64,000 nt of DNA from Octopus sinensis (taxonomy: Eukaryota), in contig NC_043001.1 of NCBI RefSeq assembly GCF_006345805.1, forward strand, positions 13,826,001 to 13,890,000. The letters run 5' to 3'. Position 1 is the first letter of the stretch; each line of letters begins with the position of its first letter. The notes beneath the pieces were generated by a model that did not search any database, was not told the DNA's origin, and saw nothing but the letters and a program-made list of their open reading frames with translations. Shown piece by piece: positions 37,328 to 50,574 of this stretch. The position numbers and the translations under genes were made by a program.

Positions 37328-38878
37328 TAGATACATGTATGTATGTATATATACACACACACACATATATATATATATATGCATGTATATTGATAAATGC
37401 TTTATATGGAATGTATATCACTATATTACTTGTCTTCATATAAACAGAATGTTTCTTAAAATTTTTTCCCATATATTTCCAAATATCCATTAGCAACATC
37501 AGTTTTAGTTCATACACAATTAGAATCAACACTACACAAGCATGTTTTTATCTTTCATCTTTCATAATCGTATTATGAATATCCGAATGCTATATGACTC
37601 TCACTCCATCTAGTCTTCTGTAACAATGTAATGTTCTTTTTGATGACTTCTTTTGGTACTGAAGAGAACTGTAATATGTAATTAATTTAATTATAATTAA
37701 ATTAATTTTTAATTTTTTCTATGTTTCTTACATCTAAATATTACCGTTCGAAACGATCGTATGCATGAATTAAAATTTTATAAAACTTTTAACACCTACT
37801 CTTCTCCATGTTTGAGTTACTATAGGATGCGTGTTCTATAAATGCTCATAACACACCTTATACCCACACATATATATATATATATAAATATATGCACATA
37901 CATACATATATAATATGCATATATGTATGCATGCTCTGTGTTTGACTCTGCAATCGCTTGACATCTGGTGCTGGCTTTTCTCCCTCTCCACAGCTTAGCA
38001 GTCCGGCAAAGGAGACGATAGAATAAATACCATATACTGGGGTGGATTTGTCTGTCTAAAATCTTCAAAGAGGCGCCCCAGCATGGTCGCAACCCAAACA
38101 CTGAACCAAAAAAAAGCAAGATAAATAACAGGGAATGGCATCTATGGAGACGAAGTTAACGTCTGAAAGGAAGAGCATTTTTGTTGAATGCCTCTGTGAG
38201 ATACCGCTTACAATATACATAAATGAATCAGATTATTTCATTTGCAAAGTGTTCCTAAATCTCTATACAGATAAATCTTATATATCTTTTTTTATATAAG
38301 CGATTTTTTTCTATGGTGAATATATATTTTATATTCATATTAAGATACCACTGAGCTAGTATGAATTATCTCAAAAACTATATGATATCACTGAAAAATG
38401 GCCACTCAAATAATTTCATACGTATGACAATTTGACACACTACACTAAGGATATTTTGCTCTATCAAAATTCAATACATAACTATTCACTGCAGTGATAA
38501 ATCATCAATATATAAAGAATCTGCTTTCAGAATAAAATAAAGAAAATACATTATTCACATTGGAGCACCTCTGATAAGTTAAATAAGTTAACTGATAAGT
38601 TAAATACATAACTACATACTAATTATATTGAGAGCAGAGATAAAGATAAAAATATCAGCGGCAAAAATGCCAGTTCTTTTAGTAAGAGATTTTAAAGAAT
38701 AATATGTTATTCAGCTTTAAAACTTTACTGTTTTGACTGAGTGGATTTAGATTAAGTTTAATATATGTGAATGTCTCTTGATGCGAAATATTTTTTATCC
38801 AGATTGACGGATCTTAACAATATTTGCAGATATGTTTTATGCAGTCGTGAATGATCAATATATCTGTTGAGGGTATTA

Positions 38879-39242
38879 TCTCTCTATATATAAATGGCAA
38901 AATGTCTGCGTGTGTGTCCTTTATACAAATCCACAATTTTTCAGTTAGAGGGCTCGCACTTTGATGGTCATTCAAAACCGTCCAAGGGTGGTCGTGCACA
39001 TCTTTACATTTTCCAAGTCAACCCGCTAAGCCATTAAAAAATCAATTGAAGGGGTTTTTTGTGAATATTTTCTATCCAAAACCCAATCAAAATGCCCGAA
39101 ACTTGACACGCCAATTGAATGCCAGCTAGCTGCATGTAATTGGTCGGAGATTTGGACAGTACTCGCGTGTGTGTGCGCACGCACGCAGCTGTATATGCAT
39201 GCACTAGCACTATGACCCGGCGTTGCCGGGTCATATTTCTAG
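38879..39242 (+). mobile_element. Non-autonomous Helitron
   Basis: 5' TC after A; 3' hairpin tatgacccgg-cgttg-ccgggtcata (39211-39235), then CTAG followed by T; no TSD. Confidence 0.85.
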
Positions 39243-39879
39243 TATTATTCTAAATAGAGAAACTGCTTTCCTTCTTTACAGCCTTGAATGACTATATTAT
39301 ATTATTTACAAATGCTAATAGACTAAATTATCCAATGTATATCTCTTTGGAGCGCTTTAATATATTTTTCTCACTTGTTAAAAATAATACTTCAGAGAGA
39401 GAAGGGCATCCTTGTGACCTCACTTCATTTTATAGATATAATATTACTTGTACGGTTACAATTACACTAAAAAAAATCCCTTAAATCTAACCCTAGACTA
39501 TGTCTAACAAATATATAACAGGGATGAAGAGATCATCTTTACACATAGTTGCCCTTTGTACATAATTGCTTCTTAGACATAGTTGTCCTGAAACATTGCT
39601 AAACAAGGAATCTTTGCCAAACAAGGAAAAGTTCGCTGGAAAGCATATCAGCCTTATTACAACCATCCAATTCAAATGAAAATAAAAAAGGAATTGCTAT
39701 TATATCAGCCTAAAAGTGTTATGTCACCTTAAATTTTGAGACCGAACCTCGCCGAAGTTAACTTTGCCCGTGTGTGTTTTGATGGCATCAAATACAGTAA
39801 TTAGAATACTTATCAAACACTAATGTCGACATGGTCCACAAGAGACTTCATCCCAAAACCTGTCGAAAAAGATTTGTAA

Positions 39880-40044
39880 TAGGCATAAGAGTGGCTGTGT
39901 GGTAAGTAGTTTGTTTGCGAACCACATGGTTCCGAGTTCAGTCTCACTACGTGACACCTCGGGCAAGAGTCTTCTACTATAGCCTCGGGCCGCTCAAAGC
40001 CTTGCGAGTGGATTTGGTAGACGAAACCTGAAAGAAGCCCGTCG

Positions 40045-40098
<54 letters not shown>

Positions 40099-40303
40099 TG
40101 TCTGTCTGTCTGTGTTGGTTCCCCCACCATCGCTTGACAACCGATGCTGGTGTGTTTACATCCCTGTAACTTAGCGGTTCGGCAAAATACACCGATAGAC
40201 TAAGTACTGGGCTTACAAAGAATAAGTCCTGGGGGCGAATTTTCTCGACTAAAGGCGGTGCTCCAGCATGGCCACAGTCAAATGACTGAAACAAGCAAAA
40301 GAG
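39880..40303 (+). mobile_element. SINE family A, full length (others at 12030-12280 +, 37930-38125 +, 49976-50372 -, 55836-56235 -)
   Basis: Family A consensus. Confidence 0.9.
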
Positions 40304-41428
40304 TGATGTTACTTTGCTTCTCTCACTTTTTAATCGCTTTACTTATGAAATATAACCGAATACAAAAGATCGAATTTTCTTTAACGAAATGTTTATCACG
40401 ATATCATAAATTTATGTAATAAAATATAATAGTATTTCTAACTCCTCGTCCACTTATTATCAATGACGTTCTCAGCTAACATCTATGGTTCGAACTGATA
40501 TGTTTTGGAGAACTTATGGGGTGTGGAGTATTATGTGTAGTTTCCAGAAATCCCTAGCTTAGCAGTGGCACCTAGATATCATGCCTATTTCTTTACTACC
40601 CACAAGGGGCTAAACACAGAGGGCACAAACAAGGACAGACAAACGGATTAAGTCGATTACATCGACCCCAGTGCGTAACTGGTACTTAATTTATCGACCC
40701 CGAAAGAATGAAAGGCAAAGTCGACCTCGGCGGAATTTGAACTCAGAACGTCACGGCAGACGAAATACCACTAAGCATACCACTAATAATGCAGCGAGCT
40801 GGCGGAATCGTTAGCACGCTGGATGAAATGCTTCGTGGTATTTCGCCCGTTGCTCCGATCTGAGTTCAAATTCCGCTTTGCCTTTCATTCTTTTGACTTT
40901 GCCTTATATTCTTTCCGGGTCGACTAAATAAAGTACCATTTGCGCACCCGGCGTAATCTCTTACTCCAAATTTGAGACCTTGAGCTTCCAGTAAAAAGGT
41001 TATTGTTATTAATAATAATAATAATAATAATAATAAGGCGAGTTAGCAGAATCGTTAGCACGCCGCGCGAAATGCTTAGCTGTATGTCGTCTATCTTTAA
41101 GTTCTGAGTTCAAATTTCGCCGAGGTCGACTTTGCCTGTCCTACTTTCGGGCTCGATTAAATAAGTAGCAGTTACACACTGGGGTCGATGTAATCAACTT
41201 AATCCGTTTGCCTGTCCTTGTTTGTCTTCTCTATGTTTAGTCCCTTGTGGGTAATAAAGAAACAGGTATTTCTTCTGTCGTTACGTTCTGAGTTCAAATT
41301 TCGCCGAGGTCGACTTTGCCTTTCATCCTTTCGGGATCGATTAAATAAGTGCAAGTTTAACACTTGGGTCGATATAATCCACTCACTCACTCCCCCATAA
41401 AGGCGGCCCTTGCGGCAAAATTTGAAAC

Positions 41429-41462
<34 letters not shown>

Positions 41463-41480
41463 TTATTATTATTATTATTA

Positions 41481-41935
41481 TATGAATACTCACAGCGTAT
41501 TTTGCTGGTTGTGTTGGATAGTGTCAGCTGTCCACAGCCAGCAGACTAAGGTGACACTTGTTAATGCTGATTTTTGTAGGTGTTCTTGCACCGATCTTTT
41601 TCACCCATGCTGGTAGCTGAATGCTGATACTTCCAGATGCACCAATGACTAGTGGTATCAGGTCTACTCTCTTCATTGACCACAACCTTCGTATTTCCCA
41701 CTTCAAATCGTCATACTTGTTTATTTTTCCTTCTTCTTTCACATAGAACCTGTTCTCACCGGGGGGCGTGGTATCTCGATTATCATACACATTCTTTCTG
41801 TTTTTATTCACCACCACAATGTCCGGTTTCTGATGCTGGTCGGTTGATCGCACTGGCTCATTGCATCCCACAGGATTTTGCAATTCTCATTTTCGGTAGC
41901 TCCTTCTGGACTTTGTGCATACCACGACTCTGCCC
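41481..41935 (-). mobile_element. R4/Dong-clade non-LTR retrotransposon 3' fragment (restriction-like endonuclease, frameshifted), abutting (TAA)n
   Basis: WYAQSPEGATENENCKILWD / KPDIVVVNK...KEEGKINKYDDLKWEIRRLW...IPLVIGASG; its 3' end runs into the TTA array at 41431-41480. Confidence 0.85.
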
Positions 41936-42182
41936 CCTATAGAAGGCACTTAGCCAAACGTCGCCCAGTGTGGTAGTAGGACTGATCCTGAAACCACGTA
42001 ATTTCAAAAGGATCTTCTTAACCACTCGACCATGTCTACTGGAAAATGTACACTTGATATACACCTGACGTCAAAAATGATATGAAACCGACACAACCGA
42101 AATTCATCTTTCGTTATATAAAATGGCGACTGTGATGATCTGGATACAAAATATGGAGTTTGAGCTCCAATCGAGCAACAAT

Positions 42183-42786
42183 ACCTATTTCTTTACTACC
42201 CACATGGGGCTAAACACAGAGGGGGCAAACAAGGACAGACAAACGGATTAAGTCGATTACATCGACCCCAGTGCGTAACTCGTACTTATTTAATCGGCCC
42301 CGGAAGGATGAAAGGCAAAGTCGACCTCGGCGGAATTTGAACTCAGAACGTAACGGCAGACGAAGTACCTATTTCTTTACTACCCACAAAGCGCTAAACA
42401 CAGAGAGGACAAACAAGTACAGACAAAGGTATTAAGTCTATTATATCAACCCCAGTGCGTAACTGGTACTAAATTTATCGACCCAAAAAGGATGAAAGGC
42501 AAAGTCGACCTCGGAGGAATTTGAACTCAGAACGTAACGGCAGACAAAATACCTATTTCTTTACTACCCACAAAGGGCTAAACAGAGAGAGGACAAACAA
42601 GGACAAACAAACGGATTAAGTCGGTTATATCGACACCAGTGCGTAACTGGTCCTTATTTAATCGACCCCGAAAGGATGAAAGGCAAAGTCGACCTCGGCG
42701 GAATTTGAACTCAGAACGTAGCGGCAGACGAAATACGGCTACGCATTTCGCCCGGCGTGCTAACGTTTCTGCCAGCTCGCCGCCTT
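42183..42786 (-). mobile_element. SINE family B trimer with TSD-like flanks (tcgag.aacaatacc)
   Basis: Three tandem body units and one head. Confidence 0.9.
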
Positions 42787-43059
42787 TCGAGTAACAATAC
42801 CATTAGCAAGAATAGTATTTTTGTAGTTTAGCAGATTATATAATTCTAGTTATATAAACTGCTACAGTCGCAATACATTTTGTGTGATTAGGGTTTTGTG
42901 CTCACGATCTGAAGATGGTGGTTTCATAAATCCGGCTTTTGCGTTAATCCTTCGGTAAAACACTTCATTTTACCTTGCTCCAGGCCACTCAGCTGATTAA
43001 TGAGCAACTGTCTAATGAGTAATTTTTATTTTAATGGACAGTTTAAAGAGAATGTTGTA

Positions 43060-43660
43060 ATCTTGGACTCTTATAAGCCATGGAAACCAGGCAAACGGTC
43101 ATATGAGTCCTAAGACTCAGACAGTAGCATCCTGCGGTTACTGCTGCTACCACTACACATGCTGCTACTGCTGCACCTGCTACCGCTGCACCTGCTACCG
43201 CTGCACCTGCTACCGCTGCACCTGCTGCTGCTGCTGTTGTTGTTGTTGTTGTTGTTGTTAAGCAACAAGGCGGGTAAGGGTGAGCAGGTAATGGTCTAGG
43301 TCTTAGAGGCGGAAGACTCCCAGACCTTTGAAAGAAAATCTTTGGTCGTCTTGTTGTAGTCGAGGGCTCTTCGATGACGCCTGACACCACTGGGAGGTGG
43401 CCCTCGAAGTCGCTGGAAATGGAAATCTCCAGGTCCAAATTCTTGGACGGCTACTGCTGCTGCTGCTTATATAACGATGATGATGACGATGATGATGACG
43501 ATGATGATGTCGTTGATGATATCGATGAAGAAGATGTTTCTGACCAATTGTTTCCGTTGTTGTTACCTCTAGTTGATTGAAATTACAACTGTTTCCTTCT
43601 GCTTTTTCTCCTCCTTTCTTTTTGTTGTTGTTGTTGTTGTTACATTTCCCCATCTCATCC
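43060..43660 (-). pseudogene. Decayed low-complexity (Gln/Ser/Asn-rich) coding-like segment of an unidentified protein
   Basis: Higher GC and trinucleotide runs; frame reads M*QQQQQQKERRRKSRRKQL*FQSTRGNNNGNNWSETSSSS...YKQQQQ*PSKNLDLEISISSDFEGHLPVVSGVIEEPSTTTRRPKIFFQRSGSLPPLRPRPLPAHPYPP. Confidence 0.5.
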
Positions 43661-43787
43661 CTGATTAGATAGGTCGATAATTATAATTAATGATCTCCGT
43701 TATGCTCATCCGATAATTCGGTATAACAGAGGGTACGTTGTCGAAACTGTTTGTAGGATATTTGAGGATGATATGGCTGCTATTTCT

Positions 43788-44029
43788 CGTGGAGGCGCGT
43801 GGCTTAGTGGTTAGGGTGTCAGACTCATGATCGTAAGATTGTGGTTTCGATTCCTGGACCGGGTGACGCGTTGTGTTCTTGAGCAAAACACTTCATTTCA
43901 CGTTGCTCCAGTCCACTCAACTGGCAAAAATAGTGTAACGTTGCGATGGACTGGGAACACATACGCCATTGAAACCGGAAAACCGAGCCTATGAGCCTGG
44001 CTAGGCTTTAAAAGGCGCATTTATTTTAT
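43788..44029 (+). mobile_element. tRNA-headed CORE-like SINE with 16-bp TSD
   Basis: Head gtggaggcgcgtggcttagtggttagg...ttcgattcc; tatggctgctatttct on both sides. Confidence 0.85.
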
Positions 44030-44849
44030 TATGGCTGCTATTTCTAGCAAATTTCATGACCACGGAGAGGCACTTCATTATTTCAAATCATATCGATTTA
44101 TCAAATTATCATTTCGTGGCGAGTGGAATAATCTCTTTTTAACAACACAGTAATATCTGAAAGTATAAGTTATAGAAATCTTAACGAATGCTGTCAAAGA
44201 ATACTTTTAAACAATAATTTTAACTTCTGAATACAGATTTTATGGTTACATTGATAGGTTTTTCAGTAGCTTATGTATTACCACAATAAGTATTATAATC
44301 TGCAAACACAGATTAGCGATCGTCACGAATTTCTCAAGCTGTTAATAGGTTTTTCTGCAGACTACATACATGTTTGGTACGCGGCGATTGTATACATAAA
44401 TCATAACAATATTCGTGTCATTTATTTCCAATGTCTACTCCCAACAGTTCTTAAACGGAGAACTTGTTAAATCCAAACTGTTGCATAACTTTATTTCTCT
44501 ATAACATCGCATTTGTCTTCCTATTTCTAAATTTCTAAGCAAGAATTAATTATATATATTTATCAACACTGTGTGTGTGTGTGTGTGTGGTGTGTGTGTG
44601 TGTATGTAATTCTAGTTTAGAAATAAACTTTCAGATATTACTGTGTTGGTAAAAAGAAATGATTCCATTCGCCACGAAATAATAATTTAATCAATCGATA
44701 TGATTCGAAATAATGAAGTGCCTCTCCATGGTCAGGAAATTAACTGGAAATAGCAGCTATATCATCCTCAAATATCCTACAGATTCGACAGCATACCCTC
44801 TGTTATGCAATAGTTTGGATTTAACAACTCTGTTTAAGAAAAGTTGGAA

Positions 44850-44893
<44 letters not shown>

Positions 44894-45310
44894 GCAATAA
44901 AGAGTGGAATATAATTAATTTAATAAAATTAATAAATTTCACCTAGTAGATTTATCGGTATGGAAAAGACCATATTTGGTAAGGTTTATAATAATTATAA
45001 TTAAGTGTTATTTGCAACAAGTTGCTCAAAACCACATACCGAAAATATTAGAAATAGCAGCCAAATTGATCACTATTTCTTCTACTAATAAAAAATCTCC
45101 ACGAAATCCCAGCCTATGGAAATCCATAGGCTGGGATTTCGTTGTTTTCCTCCTTTTTTGCCATATACAGGTTACAAATTCTATTTGTTTGTTTGTGGAG
45201 ATTTTTTATTAGTAGAAGAAATAGTGATCAATTTGGCTGCTATTTCTAATATTTTCGGTATGTGGTTTTGAGCAACTTGTTGCAATTAACCCTTAATTAT
45301 GATTATTATA
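44894..45310 (-). mobile_element. Fold-back PLE-type derivative in (TA)n with nested perfect 20-bp hairpin
   Basis: 44987-45102 is the reverse complement of 45195-45310; hairpin 45101-45142; arm resembles 63010-63100. Confidence 0.65.
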
Positions 45311-45313
45311 TAT

Positions 45314-45356
<43 letters not shown>

Positions 45357-45358
<2 letters not shown>

Positions 45359-45582
45359 CAATCAGTAAGTTGTCATTATAGTACTCGGAGTATGGAATGT
45401 CGGAACGAAGAGTTGCGATGTATTCTCGTTGGGTATTAATGACAGTGCATCGTAGATCTTTGCTCCGACATTCGAAACACCGAGTACTATATTGACAACT
45501 TACTGTTTGCTCTGAATTATAAAATCTATAAATAATCCTATATTTACCTAATATCGAGGCCTCATTCTTTTGCTGTCACTTA
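45357..45582 (+). mobile_element. Short fold-back plus tail in (TA)n, tail related to 10369-10434
   Basis: 45363-45422 is the approximate reverse complement of 45446-45505; tail tttac.taatatcgagg.ctc...cattcttttg.tgtc. Confidence 0.65.
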
Positions 45583-45632
45583 TTATATATTATATAAATA
45601 TATAAATTTGAAAATTATATATGTATGTTTAT

Positions 45633-45676
<44 letters not shown>

Positions 45677-45803
45677 GGTGCGGCGTGTGTTTTATATGTG
45701 TATGTATACGTACATATGTCCTTATTTCTATGTATGTATGCACGTATGTATGTTTTGTATATACTCATATATATAGTGTAAACATAATACACATAACTAT
45801 CTC

Positions 45804-45847
<44 letters not shown>

Positions 45848-45855
45848 ATATATAT

Positions 45856-46392
45856 CAGCAAAACATTAAGATTTGAATTTATTTGAATATGGTACTTAAC
45901 TTAGATGCACCAGAATTCATTTATGGTATTAACCATAAAATTATGTGGGGTGATTATAACCAAGTGGATCGTAGATTAGTACAATTGTTTCATACTATAA
46001 GTTCCAAGAGGCATGAGGAAGATGCTGGTATACCACGGTTAAGTTCTCATCTCCAGCATCTCATGACCAGCATCTTTCCTCATGCCTCTTGGAACTTATA
46101 CCCATATATTTATGAGTAGATTTATCTTCTCTGGGATGTTAATAATCAATTTAAAACTTTGTATGTTGGAAAACATATATAGTCTGCTTGGAATCTTACT
46201 TCAGATTCATGGAATCACTACTATAACTTCATAAGATATTTACACTCTCTAAGATATCTGGAAAAATATATGTGATTTAGCTGATGAATACTTGACATTA
46301 TATTTGCTGTAATATTTGCAGCTTGAAATAAAATGTTTATTGTATGAAACAATTGTACTAATCTACCATTCCATTATTGTTGCTTTTTTCTT

Positions 46393-46398
<6 letters not shown>
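45856..46398 (-). mobile_element. Non-coding relative of the 33819-36689 PLE (tail, partial pLTR, hairpin, inverted pLTR)
   Basis: ttgaatatggtac.taacttagatgcacca and atgtggggtgattataa shared with 33861-33938; hairpin 45996-46100. Confidence 0.8.
46277..46361 (+). ncRNA. Type I hammerhead ribozyme
   Basis: ttag-CTGATGA-atac...gtat-GAAAC-aatt-GTA-ctaa; palindromic stem III acaattgt. Confidence 0.75.
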
Positions 46399-46466
<68 letters not shown>

Positions 46467-47084
46467 ATGCATGCCCATAGATGATATATGCAGTGCAGAG
46501 ATAGCATTAGATGCAACTAAACAGAGCTTATTCTGTGAAAGGATTCTTTCATCAGCTTTGGACTTGGAAAGCAGATGATTTCCTCGCGGGGTGGTGCCAA
46601 GTCACACAAAGATCAGAAAGTGTTGAAACAGAAACATACGCGTACAAACACACGCAAATGCCAACATGCATGGATATATACATACAACACACACAAATAA
46701 CTTCATAGATTTTCGCGTGTTGTAGCTGTGGTGTTCTTCGAAGACTCACGATCAAAGAAATTACAAAGCAATTCCTACTTCTCTTCACCGACTTTCTCTT
46801 GTTCTTCTTTTTCTTCGTTTACACTTTTCTTATTGAGCGTGAGTGAGCGTGTGTATGACATTAAACGGCGGCCGTTTGCGAGCTCTAATCCGGGAGTTCT
46901 AGAATTGTGGAGAGCATGGAGTCACCCCATAATAGTTCTCCCAGACGGTAGTACCTCTCAGGGTCCTCTATAAGTTAAATAGATTCTTGTAAGGATGGAC
47001 TGCAGTCCGTAACTTCGCTGAAAGGAACCAATCTGGGGAAAGGTAAACTTCGAAATTACTACCGTCCTCCAACATGATCTAAGC

Positions 47085-47380
47085 CAGTGGTTCCCAAAGT
47101 GGGCGATATTGAAAAAAGGGACGGTGGAAATTCCAAGGGGGTGTTGAAGAAAAGGGGGACGATGATGAGGTAGTGATTCATGTAAAAAGTGGGGTGGTAA
47201 TGGGGTGGTGATTCATGTAAAAACAACAAAATGATGGGTTCATTAGGTTACGTTTTATTTGTGAAATACAGTTGCTTCAGAAAGAGGTCTGTTTGTAAAA
47301 GTTAGTTGGTGGGTGGAGCCGCTAGGATTGTGACCCAGGTTTCAAGTGGGCGGCAACCTGAAAATGTTTGGGAACTACTA
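47085..47380. mobile_element. hAT-type MITE
   Basis: TIR cagtggttcccaaa / tttgggaactacta; degenerate 8-bp TSD atctaagc / atcaaagt. Confidence 0.7.
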
Positions 47381-47554
47381 ATCAAAGTGAACACGAAAGA
47401 GCATGGCTGATGAAAATCCCATGAGATGTGTCTAAGAACATCGATTCATACTGGGCGGGGGTAGTCATTTATCTCACGTAACTGCATAATTTTCTGCGAG
47501 TGGAGGTGGTAGAAGATGCACACACACACACAAACATACATATATATGTATGTA

Positions 47555-47597
<43 letters not shown>

Positions 47598-47605
47598 TAT
47601 ATATA

Positions 47606-47981
47606 TATTTATCAAAAGAAAAACATGATGCAAAAGATTTAGCGGTACATATGTTTCTGGATTTTATTAGACGGTTAATATCAATGCATAATTGATGTAA
47701 TATGTATGTCAATAACCTTCTTCAGCGGCACACAATTACAATAATTATTATAATGTAACACATGTCCTTGAAGTAGTGATTGTGCGCGGCTGAAGAAGGC
47801 TATTGACATACATATTACATCAATTATGCATTGATATAAACCGTCTAATAAAAGCCAGAAACATATGTACCGCTAAATCCTTTGCATCATGTTCATCTTT
47901 TGATAAATATACTCTATCACCTACACCACTAACTGGCATATACATGTGCTTACAATTATCAAGTATTCACCCTGAATTTTT

Positions 47982-47986
<5 letters not shown>
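47606..47986 (+). mobile_element. Fold-back PLE derivative (inverted pLTR pair plus tail) in (TA)n
   Basis: 47606-47740 is the approximate reverse complement of 47775-47909; tail 47910-47986. Confidence 0.8.
47786..47873 (+). ncRNA. Type I hammerhead ribozyme
   Basis: gcgg-CTGAAGA-aggct...agcca-GAAAC-atat-GTA-ccgc; palindromic stem III acatatgt. Confidence 0.8.
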
Positions 47987-48018
<32 letters not shown>

Positions 48019-50519
48019 ATTTATTCGTAGAAATGCGTTCACATATGTGTGTGGATGTGACGCACTATGTGTTTATAACCTACTCGATTAATGAGTACAA
48101 AGGATTCTGGGACACCGATGTTTAGACATCCTTTGTCTATGAACACAGTCGTTTTAAATAAGAAGCTGTTCTTTTGTGAGGAGTACGACAGCGATTGGCA
48201 TATTTGCGTTCGAATATGCCAAAACGTATTAAAAATAATAAGCAGGCCATAGTTTCAAAAATCTTTGTACATTCTACATATAACGATATACCATAGGTTT
48301 TAGATATCAGCACAGATCAGCAAGCGGTATACTTGCTGCATGTATAATATAAACCAAACCACCGCTTCTTGTTGGTCTGGGTACTTGTGACTGACGGGAC
48401 ACGACATGTCGAAACACCGGTGTCCAAGAATACCTTGTCCTGATGAATTGAGTTGGTTGTGAACACATAATCGTCGCAAAGGAGAAATTGTTCTGCTATG
48501 ATGAAGTCTACAGCAATTTTCACACACACACACACAACACACACACACACACACACACACGTACGTTGATAAGGCGGCGAGCTGGCGGAAACGTCAGCGC
48601 ACCGGGTGAAATGCTTAGTGATGTTTCATCTGCCGTTACGTTCTGAGTTCAAATTCCGCCGAGGTCGACTTTGCCTTTCATCCTTTCGGGGTTGATAAAT
48701 AAAGTACCCGTTACGCACTGGGGTCGATGTAATCGACTTAATCCGTGTGTCTGTCCTTGTTTGTCCCATCTGTGTTTAACCCATCGTGGGTAGTAAAGAA
48801 ATAGGTATTTCGTCTACCGTTACGTTCTGAGTTGAAATTCCATCGAGGTCAACGTTGCCTTTCATCCTTTCGGGGTTGATAAATAAAGTACCAGTTACGC
48901 ACTGGAGTCGATGTAATCGACTCAATCCCATTGTCTGTCCTTGTTTGTCCCTTCTGTGTTTAGCCCCTCGTGGGTAATAAAGAAATATATACAGACAAAT
49001 ATATGTTGATATAAGGCTACTTTCATTAGAAATATTATAGACATAATTTGAAAATAATTATTGATGTTTATTGTCATTTGAACTCAGAATGCTGGGATCT
49101 ACAACGTGATACCATGCAGCCTTTACTTGAAATGTCACCACATGTACGATTATGTTTTCGAGAGTGTGTCATGATTAAATGCAAAATCATCACACTGGGA
49201 TTAAGACTTGCAAATATGTTAAACCTCTTCTTTGACTTTCTTGGATCTTCGTCTCTTTCATTGCGCTTAAGTTATAAATGGGTGACGAAAAGAATGGGAT
49301 AACAGATGATCATTTCACGTTTACTCTATTCACTGCTAAAATTTATTTACCAATCAAATATAGGTTTGAATGGTTTTATTGATAAATCAGCTGTTACAGT
49401 GCTTCTTCACAAAGCATGTTAATAAAAGGGTTTGATGTTATATCGATCGAATGCAAAGGAATAATCCAAATGTAAACATGATGAACGAGAAGTTGAAATC
49501 GGAACCTACATTATTAAGAAAAGTGTTGATATAGTTCAAATCACCTTTACTGACCTCTAACTTCTTACATTCATAATCCTCCTTTCTTTTCTCTCTCATC
49601 CATTGTACTCTTCTGTCAATTCTCACCTCGTCCATATTTCCTATTCGATTTCTTCCTTATTCAATGGGCAACCAAACAGAAACAGAAACAGAAACACATC
49701 TGAATAGACTCATAAAGTATGCATACATCCACATACGTAATTACATACGCATCCGCGCATATCTGTATAACTACATATGTTATTGCCTTGTAATATCTCT
49801 TCAATCAGGGAGCCCAGCCACACAACTTTATATGCTAAGACATCATAAAATTGATAAATATTTTTCAATATGTACAGCTCCAAATACAATATGTGCAACA
49901 ATCGGAAGTTAATATCCTAACTTGTCCTGTTTGGGACAGGGTTTCAAATCCTGTTACAACCTTATAGTGATATCGCTCTTTTACTCTTTTACTTGTTTCA
50001 GTCATTTGACTGTGGCCACGCTGCAGCACCGCCTTTAGTCGAGAAAATCGACCCCCAGGACTTATTCTTTGTAAGCCTAGTACTTATTATATCGGTCTTT
50101 TGCCGAACCGCTAAGTTACGGGGACGTAAACACACCAGCATAGGTTGTCAAGCGATGTTGAGGGGACAAACACTGACACACAAACATATACATGCACATA
50201 CATATATATATACATATATACGACGGGCTTTTTTCAGTTTCCGTCTACCGAATCCACTCACAAGGCTTTAGTCGGCCCGAGACTATAGTAAAATACATTT
50301 GCCCAAGTTGCCACGGACTGAACCCGGAACCATGTGGTTCGTAAGCAAGCTACTTACCACACACCCACTCCTCAGAGTTACTTTTATGTGTTGCCGGTCG
50401 GTGGGATTGTGGTCCTCTAAAATTTTCTTTTTAAGGTTTTTAATATTTGTAAAGTCATATTGTAGCCATTATTATGACCGGTTGCAACCCGGACCATAGC
50501 AACAAAGTCTACCCGCCAC

Positions 50520-50529
50520 ATTATTATTA

Positions 50530-50574
<45 letters not shown>

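Noticed and set aside
43374-43580. Plus-strand poly-Asp ORF
   Set aside because: Short, and better explained as the antisense of the Ser-run in the minus-strand frame
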